The position numbers and the translations under genes are program-made. This document shows positions 20,001 to 29,600 of a stretch of DNA of 64,000 nt, piece by piece; positions within the stretch are counted from its first letter, which is position 1; the number at the start of each line of letters is the position of its first letter. Under the pieces are notes generated by a model, which saw only the letters and a program-made list of their open reading frames with translations, was not told where the DNA came from and made no database searches. Source of the stretch: Caecitellus pseudoparvulus. Lineage: Eukaryota; Protista; Bigyra: Bicosoecida. Location of the stretch: contig CBFFRQ010000053.1 in assembly GCA_965644315.1 (NCBI GenBank), positions 1 through 64,000 of the forward strand, written 5' to 3'.

Positions 20001-22248
20001 CAGCTGTGATGCCACAGCCATGAAAGACTCCCATATGAACTTGCAACAGCTCACCGGCTGGATGTCGGTAGTCTTCATGCAACTGCCCAGGCAGAGTTCC
20101 AATGGGAACGGTCGTCTCCACTCCGAGACGTCCGTTCTGCGAGTTGCCGAAGCAAACCAAACGGTTCAGGCGCGTGCGCGCACAGCACGATGCCGCACGA
20201 TTGCAAGTTAACTGCACGACCTCAGCGTGTTGCCTGTTCTGCAGCACGTATTGGGACGATGACAGCACCAGCTCACGCTTGGCTTCCAAGTATGTTGACG
20301 TCGCAAACGTGCCACGCCCAGAGCCCTCCCCAGTCGCAAGAGCTCCGTCCGCCCCAAGCCCCAAACAACCAAGGGTGCCTTCAGATCGCAGCGCACAGGT
20401 GAAGCCCTGGCCGATTGCAAGTCCAACGGCTGGGCCGCCCCACCACGAACCACTGTTCTGTAGAATTTGACCTGGCGCATCTCCTCGCCTTGTATAAGCC
20501 TGAGATCCGAGCTGCCCTTCAAAGCCATTTCCCCAGCAGTACATGGCGCCATTGGATCGCACACCACAGACGGTCTGGTCACTTGTCGCTAGCGCGACAA
20601 AGTCTGTCCCTGCGGGCACCATGAGCCCCGGATGAACCTCTCCCGGGCCATCTCCAAGATCAACGTCCGAGCCCTGACCAAGCATCCCGTCCTTGTTCTT
20701 GCCCCAGCACACGATGCCACCATCCAGGCGCAGGCCACACGTCGTATCATCAGCGATGTGGATGGCCACAAGCGGTGCAACTGGCACAACTGCAGCTGAG
20801 ATGTTGTGGGATGGCACGTGCCCGAAGTAATCTGTGTTTCCGTAACCCAACTGACCATCTAATGACCTCCCAAAGCAGACAGTGGACAGATCAGCACGAA
20901 TAACGCATGAATGCCCAATACCCGCAGCGACGGCATGTGCTGGGCCACCGATCGGGATGGACAGCGATGCGTCCAGGTTGCCCTCCACAACACTCACGAC
21001 ATCTTCATGCCCATACCCACACCGTCCCAGCCCCCCGTGACCCCAGCATACGACTGAGCCATCTGATCGAATGGCAAGGGCGTGGAAGTAGCCCACCTCC
21101 ACCGCAACTATGCTGTCCCCGATGGGAACATGCATGCCTGGCCAAATCTCCCCCAGGTCGTCACCAAGGTTGTTCGTCGTGTTCTGACCGTGCACTCCGT
21201 ACTGCCCGTCCCCCCAACATGCCACGCGCCCGTCCCGTTTCAGCACGCATGTGTTCAGGTCCCCAACGGATACAGCTCGCACAGGCCCGATCGGCACGGA
21301 ACGCCCAGCGTGGGTGTGCACCGTGTCTGGCGAGTTGCCGTACGTGCCCAAGTCCCCTGTTCCCAGTCCTCCTTTGGACGCATGCCCCCAGCACACAACA
21401 CTCCAGTCCCGCCTCACTGCACAGGCATGCTTCCACGTGCCGGCAACTTGCACTAGGCGTGATGCGGCGCCGCTCAACGGCTGCAGCGACAGGGAGCTTG
21501 GAGCAGGAAGACTCCCAGGAGCGGCGTCACCAGCTTCCCACGCCAGCGCCAGTGTCGTCGAGGCTGAGCTGTCATTGCCGGCAAACAGCACGTCAGTGTC
21601 CACGCGCAGCCACATGGCTGGCTGTGCACCAGCACACGGCTCGTTGTGCAGCCTGGAGGGGTGGCTGCACGGCACCAGCTCGTGGGCCAGTTCAAACCGG
21701 AGCCAGGACGCCTTCGATCCAGGTACATGCTGTAAGGTGTGCAAATGGGCTTCTGAAATCACAGCTGAAGCAGAGGACGCGTTCCAGCCTTCGATTCGGA
21801 GGTGCACCAGGCGCTCCACGGGCCATGGCAGCGGCAGGTCCAGCCCCGTCACAGACGTGACATTGGTTGTCGACAGCAGCGCAGCTTGTGCTGGTGTGCC
21901 TGCCTTTGGTCCAGCAAGAATCCAGATGCTCCCATTGCCCTCACTCCCAGTCCAGCCGGTCGGTGGCCAGGACAGCTGCAAGTCTGTCGTGCCCCAATAC
22001 GGCGCCGCCGCCATTGGCACCTCCTGTACGGCACCCAGGGCCGCCGAGAAGCACGACAGCGAGCACATAGCACGTATCAAGACCGATGATACCCATGAAT
22101 GGCCTGAAACCTTCTTGCCTGCAGACTGAGAGCCTGAAGGGCGACGTAAGGCTGCACCATCCTTGTCGACGCTGCTGCCGCGGGAAAAGCCGTCCGCGTC
22201 AACCTGAGCTCCCCATCGCCTGTGTCGCTCTGCTGCACCCTTGTTCAT
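14008..22248 (-). CDS. Giant surface protein (~2746 aa): RCC1/BLIP-II propeller repeats, multiple IPT/TIG domains, Cys-rich segment, ~8-9-TM C-terminal domain
   Basis: Single long ORF; start is uncertain (ATG 22248, or the downstream MCSLSCF Met). About 14 HxC....G.V.CWG....G.LG repeats at ~19050-21460. P.I..(V)SP..G...LTI.G.GFG repeats at ~16330-18700. CEASRTGPLCAACAEGY. TM block with YGFLYAAY....YFWE....RK at ~14180-15480. Confidence 0.9.
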   Translation of the reverse strand: MNKGAAERHRRWGAQVDADGFSRGSSVDKDGAALRRPSGSQSAGKKVSGHSWVSSVLIRAMCSLSCFSAALGAVQEVPMAAAPYWGTTDLQLSWPPTGWTGSEGNGSIWILAGPKAGTPAQAALLSTTNVTSVTGLDLPLPWPVERLVHLRIEGWNASSASAVISEAHLHTLQHVPGSKASWLRFELAHELVPCSHPSRLHNEPCAGAQPAMWLRVDTDVLFAGNDSSASTTLALAWEAGDAAPGSLPAPSSLSLQPLSGAASRLVQVAGTWKHACAVRRDWSVVCWGHASKGGLGTGDLGTYGNSPDTVHTHAGRSVPIGPVRAVSVGDLNTCVLKRDGRVACWGDGQYGVHGQNTTNNLGDDLGEIWPGMHVPIGDSIVAVEVGYFHALAIRSDGSVVCWGHGGLGRCGYGHEDVVSVVEGNLDASLSIPIGGPAHAVAAGIGHSCVIRADLSTVCFGRSLDGQLGYGNTDYFGHVPSHNISAAVVPVAPLVAIHIADDTTCGLRLDGGIVCWGKNKDGMLGQGSDVDLGDGPGEVHPGLMVPAGTDFVALATSDQTVCGVRSNGAMYCWGNGFEGQLGSQAYTRRGDAPGQILQNSGSWWGGPAVGLAIGQGFTCALRSEGTLGCLGLGADGALATGEGSGRGTFATSTYLEAKRELVLSSSQYVLQNRQHAEVVQLTCNRAASCCARTRLNRLVCFGNSQNGRLGVETTVPIGTLPGQLHEDYRHPAGELLQVHMGVFHGCGITADTREILCWGYNYQTGSVGFPGTEFSIGETRESMFQDARRVNIGSGFVSVSAGYRFSCAVRGDVAGSTVCWGLNHRGQLGLGHTSIIGDDLGELTPSLAIPDIGPMASVAAADDHACGVRRDGTAVCWGWAQAGRLGNGMSSGNIGDAPGELTNTTSIPIGPVAAVSVGYFHSCALLVNSSIVCWGSDTTSTGRLGCRGCWYQGSVSTPFSSLDSYIAPVGEAVAVSVSTFTSCIARADGSSLCWGSNSHGRLGQPTGVSNLGHDSADLSEISIPVGGDVVSTVPTNTFSCVVKGSGSIACFGSSQTGMGYGHTLSVTEDLVDPELKIDWTRRELRVVSSRFLHPSLMSLPADIDARLSPNLRAVPELEQESVQLLQDLTSMGVGPLNRADSCPGQVFVKWGVNNVCSYVPSLPVWWQRTPTASIDEVADVSTGVWGEHIVVPGLGARIRLGGQLHWVAMWGVPQVFIGNRSVPCTQVEVPEWDQLECTVGAGVGANLSVTILSGPEAFVPVVRRGRLVSYAPPRLDTVVVDSRDNPITALVADPAGGQALRLIGRNFGVDVSQAAVIVGGIECPLISAGVFSFTDGEAFCRLPSRSALQGSEDWAAGLPFRAAVRITVGGQEAAKDVGIEVGAPEFLEATPPAVQVGHASSNNTVNVTLQGRYLGHNASAVSSLFIAGQGCPGLVWDRPLPHVWSLTCVGLRVAGLSKSASPIAVTAFGESFTQLDVLKIVPPPDMTPLRIISSGPGSTEHEQAITIRGSGIGAVALDVLRVEVSDWGACHSVSWVDSSEVSCMAPAGAGNAESVRVFLAGGHVLHGQFQYAAPSVHSIWPNTLLPWKANHPGGIVTMQLCTLGTHWSPPGQALTAADVAIQVAGAPCAFQAQLNATCLSCWVDTAAVVPGAASFVHVRGAQASFAPGVGVQVLSLPKVSAVVPPLVSAAGGQVLNILGIGFCQNTLNDVYFIRIGSQPATVRSCTSTSVSVTVPRPPDSAQTASVNITLVSGHSAILQDALQFTRPEVLTVLGGLVQPAPQGSQQIRNVSVTGLALDDGPRSRARLLFGSAPGVSCAQAGGELVFTFSGSLECRGFHTAALAPLVSGRMADTTITIQTAQNLTVMSSLGTLRIMGPPQISELSSSSAAVNDTLTVTGSGFGLAQTDIAAVRIGARQVTTFNRGSDSIITLRVPEPASDELADVFSLDVAISLTSGHTAVLPHSFSYTLAPRAPVSAPTAVCPYRDEAGAARVAFNWTDDAATLLSPVGAWHVSFGVILHGGLISRVNASTRLVSLAGGAAGDILRNVYTPRVCRGLTEHPSMLDLSVRIADAPAQPFWVSVAAGVLGESAGRVLRGPLSTEVGPLLPACAAAEYLATHELGEGRWPQVTCRPCPQGAVCNGAEWERVLAAPGWFRIPWREPDVSFEACVSEDVCPGESHSPVQVPSRHYTSSAFQALPGLGAAALTTSAAGNTSNILATHQQSSCEASRTGPLCAACAEGYTGQGDGSEPCPRCAPIWLNWLSVVGGVAVAGVLVAALTRSALESEGARPKAHVALNKVLFTHLQQVGIAAAFPLAWPSELRSLFSAFDAASSVGDELISINCLGLDSTSAFRGTQILTLLLPVVLGVGILIVWRFLVPLIWQTDGTVSASIFRFHRQDPPKVSTQTSATLSTSEHQDASWRELQRNAHTGRETRVSNPMRARRRGLSVQRALRGRALIGRRRYRTPPEQGIVVSFLVMCFVLHLGLTRSALSLFTCRKIGGRAFLVGDVQISCDDPQHQAWMYGIGLSAFILYSCGITVASMTFLWVHRATLETHATRQVYGFLYAAYVPGRYFWEAAVQGRKVALACISVLLAPAGTGTQAHFGILLMVAALGAHATLSPYRLPLVNHTESASLLVTISTLASGFTLLDQEASAAMHAVATWSVIFMNVVFVMVTVGFVAHSLLSSPTVQSHLQTLRSSISKAPALSVVRRLSSHEQQSKGQVTPPTSPDPKVWIQDYGRKSVV

Positions 22249-23634
22249 GCCGGCAGTTGAAAGGCTCCCTGTCAAATGGTGTGCACTGCCTTGACTGGAC
22301 GCTGGCAGAGCCTCCCTGGCGTTGCGCTTGTGGATGGAGTTCGGCACACGCGGCGGCGGCAGCTGCGGAAGAACCGTGTGACAGTTAGTGGCCGTGCAGC
22401 GCGACAGTGGGGCTGGGATGAATCCAAGATGGCAACGTTGGTAGACTGGAGCTGAATCAACCAGTCTCTTCCGACTGGACGTGGCGTGTCGATCAGTCTG
22501 GTTGAGCATAGCAGCAGGTTGCCAAGGAAAGAATCCGCACCAACCACGAGGACAAGACTTCCAGCCCAGCCGACCGAAACAACTCAAATTGAGATATGGA
22601 AACTAATCCCCTATTTCACCTTCTTCCTGCGCGGGCAATGCGTTGGGCGGACGAAAATTACCTCGCAGCTGCAGTACACTGTCACACTTGCTGTGTGTCG
22701 AATGCGGAAATTGGCGCGTGATGGTGTGGCTTGCCGGCAGTGCTTGCCACAGCCACACAACTCCTCTTGTGGTCCACGCTTGAGGGTGGAGCGAGGGTGA
22801 ACACTTGGATTGAGTTATTCTCAGCTGGTAGAAAAGAGGCAGGCAGGTGATGGAGTACTTTGGGGAAAAAAGGCTTCTGTGGACACATCAGGCAAGTATC
22901 CGGTGTGTGCGAGACTCACGAGCATGTTCACTTGCAGTGCCGCTTGATTGCACAGCAAGTGGCCTGGACTACCAACACCTTTACGTCTGTCACTGTAAGG
23001 GGGTGTTCTTCCCGTCTCCTTCGTGGCCGGCAGCCCGCTAATCTGCCAAGGTGATGAAACGAAGAACAGTGCAGGGGCGTGTGCAGGTCTCAATCAAGGT
23101 GGATTCACAGTCAAAGTTATGCTCAAGTTACATGAGCTTCGTGTGAGTTCTTTCACTTTGGCTCGTACCAGAGTGAAAACTCAGCGGCGCAGGTGAGCTT
23201 GCGCGATGTCCAGCCTGGGCAGCTTCATCCTGAATGCAGAGGTAAAGGCATGGGGCCGGGAGCGGCACGAAGCACCTCGATCAACGGAAACAGTGCCAGC
23301 GGAACCCTACCCACGAGGACCTTCAGGGGAATATCTTTTCGCAGGTGCTGTTATTTGACCATCGGTACATGTGTGCCGAAGATGCTCTCATGTACTTGAG
23401 CGGCACCCGATGCCACAGGTAAACCCCACGCAGTGTTGAAACAAAACGCATCACTTCAAGCAAAACGCAAGAGCTCTTGAAATGCTGTAGCCGACACATT
23501 TGGGGCGTGTCTTCGGCCCAGGAATCGTGAAATGGTGCCCCAACCGAGCTTCTCCACTGATCAGCAGCCGTCCAACCCCCCTCGCCCAAACGAAGCTCAT
23601 CCATTCAATTAACACGAGCCTCGTGATCTACTTT

Positions 23635-26600
23635 TCAAAGCAGTTGTCCCTTCCGCGAGCTTGCTTGCCTGCTTGATGGTTGCACCAAGCGACGCCGGCT
23701 GCGCGGCTGTGCGACCGCAGCGGCCAGCTCTTTCCGTGCGTTTGCCCTGCTCGCTCGCAGCAACTCTGATACGGCAGCCTTCGACGTCAGCTGTCCCCGC
23801 CCAGCATGTATGGGGTTGTCATGGCCCACGGTGGAGTCGCTTCTGTCAAGCACTCCTCTCCCAGGTCTCGTCCGCCTGGATCTTTGAGGCTGGGTGAGCT
23901 GCGAGACGACTACCGTGGCTTGCTGTCCAGTCTCGGCTGCGATTGTGGCATGTACTGCGCCTGCACTGGCTTCCGAGGCTGACCTTGCCATCGATCCCTG
24001 GCGCAGAGACTGAGGACGCAAGGACAATGGTCGGTGGCGAAGCCCTTGCCTGGGTCGTCCAGACAACGAGAGGCGCGCCGTCGAGCGCAGGGACGCCGTT
24101 GACGTGAGCATGGGATTCAAGCCTTGCACGATGCTAGACTTCCTTGGTGCTGCCTTGGAATCTTGCTGAGGTGCAGGCGTCCCTTCTTTTTCCTTGCTGC
24201 TGTCCTTGGGCTGCTTCCGGGGTGTGCGCATTGGGTTGGTGTACTGGAACGTGTCATCCTTCTCTGGCTCTGATGGCACAGCACATCGCTGGGGTTTGCT
24301 TCGCGATGTTGCGGGCTTCTCAACAGCAGCCATGCGGGCAACTAGCTTGCGGTACGAAGATGCCCCGGCTGCTGCAGCCACCTTTGCAGCCTGCTGCTTT
24401 GCGCGCAGCTTGTCACATGGGGCCAGCGCGGCATCGATGACAGCAAAAATGCCGCTCCTCAGAAGGGAAAGCCCGGCCAGTCCAGCGCCGCGCAAGGAGT
24501 TTGGCAAGGCGATCAAGCAACAAGCAGCAATACCGACCCACAGTGCTGCCCATTGCAGCCATGCAACTGTCCGCATCGCGGTGGGCAAAGTGGCCGAAGC
24601 TCTGGAGTCCTCCAGCGCTTCACGGAGCCTTGCGCTGGGGGAGCCCATGGCGTCAGCTGTGTCCGTCGTTTCAGAGGTGCTCGCAAACATGGAGGCTTGC
24701 CAGACGTGGGCCATGTGTGCGAGCGATGCTTGAGCGAACACTGCGAAGAATAACACTCGCATGAGCCTGGTGCGCAACCGTGCGCCAATGGCCAGCAATG
24801 CGCGGCCAGCTCGCTGCCCTGCTGCATGTGCTCCTCGAAAGACACTTCGAGGGGCCAACGCAGGCAACCTGGTGTCACGGTCGCGGTCAGTGTAGAGTAG
24901 GTGGGGTGGCAACACCAAGCGTGGTGCTGTGGGGTACACGGAGCGAGGCGCCCCAATGAGTCGGTGAGCCGCGTACGGCTTGCGCCACTCAAAAGCAAGC
25001 CAAAGGGCCAAGGTTGCGACGTTTGCAGCGTACAGTCGGCTCCATGGGTTCTGCAGCACGCTTGGAAGCAGGGCCAGCCCACATGAGAGAACAAACAGCG
25101 CCAGGTGCCACCACCAGACACGAGGCCTGAACCAACCAAACAGCAGGCCACCGACGCGCCACATGTGCGGCAGGAAGCAGGTATCCATACAACCTCTGAA
25201 CGTGCCAAAGCTTCCGGACAGCGGGAGGTGCATGCTTGCTGCGTTCCCGACAAGGGAAATGGAGGACTTTGCGGTCCGGCGCAGCTGCCGCATGCACGCA
25301 GTGTGCCAGAAGCATGCCAGGGCTAGCGGGCCAAGGAAAGCAAAGACTCCTAGAATGACCGCAACAGTCACGAACTTTGTATGATCAGGTGTTCCTGCTT
25401 GGACGGAGAAGTCAGAGAGCAGGCTCTCACCGCCAAGCCCGTTGGGGGCCGTGGCGAACACAGCCGAGCCCATGACTGAGATTCCAGCTGGGACCATGTT
25501 GGGCAGGACCAGCAGCCATGCCGCAAGGAAGAGGGAGACGAACGGCGCTGGTGCTGGTGAAGCCAGGGCCACGGACCAAGCATCAGTGATTGTGGTGAGG
25601 GACAATCGCCTTGCACCCTTGCCCTGCTGCATGGAAGCTGTGCGAGATCCAGTGACGAGGGCAGCTTTCCAGCGGAAACACTTGAAGCAAGACAGAAAAG
25701 CAGCCGCACAAGCAGCCAGCAGCAAGGCCACTGGGACGCTGCCAATTATGAGACCTGCACCCACACCGAAGCGTGAATATCCGCCAGCAAACGTGCTGAT
25801 AAGGCAGGACGCCTCCAGGGAGCTGACCGGAAACAGGGATGACATGTGCGGAATGGCACTAGTCGCTTCTCCTTGAGTGTCAGCGCCCAGCCGTGTGTCT
25901 GCCAGGCGTGCAGACAGCTGCAAGAAAAGCAGCAGGGCGAGTCCGCTGAAGGCACGCAGAGACACGTCCACCGTTGGCTTCAGGGTGCTGCCGCCTGGCA
26001 CTGGCAGGGACCGTCGTCCAGTAGCCAGCATTGTCTTGTACAGGCTGTGAAAGGCAGTAGCCGGCACAGTGCGGTTCATACTGTCCCAAGACAACACCCA
26101 CTTGGGCAAGTCCCACTTCAGGGTGCGCTTCACGCTTCGAAACAGCGGCGCAGCACGCTCACGCTGCGCGATGGGGAGGTTTGGAGCTGCCACAGTCCAC
26201 AGTGCATCGGCGGGAATGGCGTGCACAGCAAGTACGGTGCCAGTAGGCAGCTGTTCATCCATGGAGGGAGTTTTTGGTCGGGAAGCCAACATAGGATTAA
26301 CACCAGGCTGCACAGTCTCTCTCGCAGCTGGAAGCACGGGGCGGGTGGCTTGTTGCTTCTCCGCTCCGCAGCATGGTCGGTCCTTCGCGGGGTACACCAA
26401 AAGCGCCGGGGGAAGTGACCCAGGCCCCAAGGAAGGGTGAAACCAGGACACCAACACCAGCACGTACACTGCTGCAGAGATCATTGTGAGGAGGGCGACC
26501 TTTGTCGCAGATGCAGACGTCGGCGGGCACTGGCGGCAGTCACCTGCGCTGCCTGCAGCCGTGGGAGAGTGTTCAAACCCATCAAGGCAAGCGGAACACA

Positions 26601-29600
26601 GGGGCGATGAGGCATCATGCCCCGCTGCACATTCGGCACGGTGAATGGCGAAGCCTGATGAGTTCTTCACCCCCTCGGCCGCTCCCAGGCAGGCAAACGG
26701 ATTCGGGCACGCGACCGCTGCAGATACGCTTGGCTGTGCCAGTGCTGCTGCATCCTCAAACACCCCACTCTGCGGCATGCCACTTCCAGGGCCAGTTCCA
26801 GAGTACTTAGGTGCAAAGGCCCGCAAGAGCTGAGCCTCAATGGCGTCTTCCACGAAACTGTGGCCAGCAGCGACTTCAACCAGGCCCCCGTCGCACTGCA
26901 TGTTGCTGGGGCAGGGCGCACATGTATGCCAGCCAGGGAAAGAGAAATGCCCCGAGGGGCAAGGGGAGCAGGAGCCAGGCTCAGATGCGAAGCGTACTGA
27001 GGCGCCCCGCCGTTGAGTTCCACTTGGACACGGCACGCACTGCAGGGAACGGGACGTCACCACCGTGCCTCTGAGCGAGTCTGCAACGGAGAACCCAGGC
27101 TGGCAGGCGCACGTGAGCCCGCTCTGTGGGTCCAAAACGGTCCCTGGCGCACTGCAAGAAGCAGGGGTCGTGGTCACATGCAGCAGAGCAGCACTTGCAG
27201 CTGACAAGGCCCTGGCACTGCCCATCTCGCTGAGCGGCACCGCGTAAAGTCTAACGTCGCCGAGCTCGAGTGAACCACCTGCCGATGCGGGAACTTCACT
27301 CCCAGCACAGTTTACAATGCCAGTCATCTCGAGCCGTGCATATTCGCCACTGGGCAGCCCTGACACGGACTGTAGAGACTCGGCCCGCAGTGCCAGCGAG
27401 AGCGGGGCAGAGGATGCTGCATGGACATACATCGCCCACAGGGAGCCTCCGCCGGCCACATGCTGCTGCAGCTCTGCCAGCTCCACTCCCGACAATGATG
27501 AGGACTCGTCCAGGAGCAACTGCTGCGCTTCATGCATCAGCACCTCCCGGAGGGTCGCGATGTCCCCGGCAGAGCGCATGTCCGAGGATACGTCAGACCA
27601 ACAAAACGGGACCCTGAGGGAGGGGTTGGCCCCCGTCCACAGAGAGAAAGCCTGCAACCTGTCTTTGCCTGGAGGCCTCGAGTGTCCGAAGGAATCCTTC
27701 AGCATGGTGATGGAGACAACCGCCCCAGCTCGCTCACTCGCATCGGCAAGTGCGAGGCTTCCCACAGCACGTTCAGAAGCATCCACTGCTCTCCTCAAAG
27801 TAAATGTGCGTGAAAAGAAAGGACTGGTTGGCCCTGTGTCCACTCGACTCCTTACTCCCACGGTCCGAACTTCCGTCGTGTTTCGCAGCTGATCCCGCAT
27901 CACCACAGCAACGACTGCAGCGTGCATCCCCACATGCCTGCCCAGAGCATTCGATCTATTCAGGGTCATATAAATAGACAAAAATCCGGAAGAACCAATG
28001 GGTATGCGTGGCGAAGCACCCTGGATGCCCCAAGTGCCTGGCGTGGCGTGCAACTGCTGTGTGGCAGTGTCTTGTGGCCCGGCCCCAATGACCCCCGAGA
28101 GCCAATCAGGTACACCATGCTCTCGCTCCAACGCCTCGAGCACCGCAATGTGCGAGCTGGAGGCATTGGCACTGTTGCATGGGTCGGACAGCGCCCTTAA
28201 GCGCGCCTGTACGGCTTGCTCATCCGCAGCAATGGCCGTCACCATTTCCAGCACAAGAGGCGCCTCGCCCAGATTCTGGAGTGAGACAAGGCTGTGGTGG
28301 CGAACAGCCGCAAGGAGTGGATCCCCGTTGCTTGGGGCTCGCAGACCCAGCAGCTCAACGTCAGATGGGCATACGGCCACGCTTGTGACAACGATGCTGA
28401 TCGGGACGGTGACAATTGATTCGCCGCCTGCGATGCGCAGCAGTGAGTTGTGCTGACCGGTGGAAAGAAGCCCAGCAGCCAGGTCCAGTTGTAAGAAGAT
28501 GGTCGACGAAGGCTGGAGCATGCCGACCGCGCAGTGGTCCCCTAATTCAGGGGTAGCACAGTCAACAGTGCCGGACGCACGGCGAAGAGTTGCCCAGCAC
28601 GGAAGCTGGTCCAGCAATGCTGACCACTCCAGCGGGGCGTTACCTGAGTTTGATATTGAGACACCAACGCTAGCGGCGCTGCCACTGCCAGTGGAGACTG
28701 GCCGGAGGAGCTCTTGGAGCGACTGGGGGAACACCCTCAATCTTGGCACAGCTACCACGACGGCAAGGGGGATGCTCGCTCGAACTTCGCCAGAGGATTG
28801 CTCTGAAACAACTACTTCCATCACGTGCACGCCTGGCCAAAGCCCGGTGCTCGAGTTCATCGATGCGGTACAGCTGATCAAAGCTGTAACGATGCTGCCG
28901 TTCGTGGACACGATGCCTGACTTCAGGGCTGAGTTGAACGTCAAAGCAGGTGTCTCCTCTGGCGTCGCAGGCTGTCTTTGCACCTCCTGTCGTAGAGCTT
29001 GCCAGGCTTGAGTAGACCAACCAGAGGAAGGAATGTCTGCCAGCGCCAACGCATTCCCCGAGTCAGATGCGCCCACATAGTTCACAGTGCCGACCCATCC
29101 ATCTCGCTGTGCACCAAATCGAAGGGAAATATGAATGTCCTTCGTCGCTTGTCCGACATCTCTCGGAAAGAGCGTGACAGGAAGCGGGGCAGCAGGGAAC
29201 ACCTCTGCGTGCCACAAGCCGGTCTGCTGCGTGGCGAGGAACTCGCCAACACCCGGCACTGTGGATGCAGTGGGAAACGCGGATGGAGTGGCTGCCGAGG
29301 AAGGGGAAGACGTGGCCGCAGATGATGAGGAAGGCCTGGAAGTTTCAGAGGCAGACTGCGATGGCGACACCGAGCCGGTTGCTGACGAGCTTCCACTTGG
29401 AGAAGGTGTCCCTGTGACCGTCGCAGAGGATGATACTGAAGACGTTGGGGACGGCATGTGGCTTTGACTGCCGCTCGGAGTGCTTGTTCCAGACACACTG
29501 GGCGTGCCGCTACCACTCGCACTGCTCGTCGCTGTAGCCGTCCCGCTACCGCTCGCAGTGGCCGAAGTGCTGCTTGTCGCACTACGCGTCGACGTTGGAG

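Noticed and set aside
22249-22587. N-terminal extensions given by the ORF track (also 10821-11150, 43322-43573, 48635-49130)
   Set aside because: They begin at non-ATG codons or precede a better ATG, signal peptide or splice-supported start; treated as UTR/intergenic.
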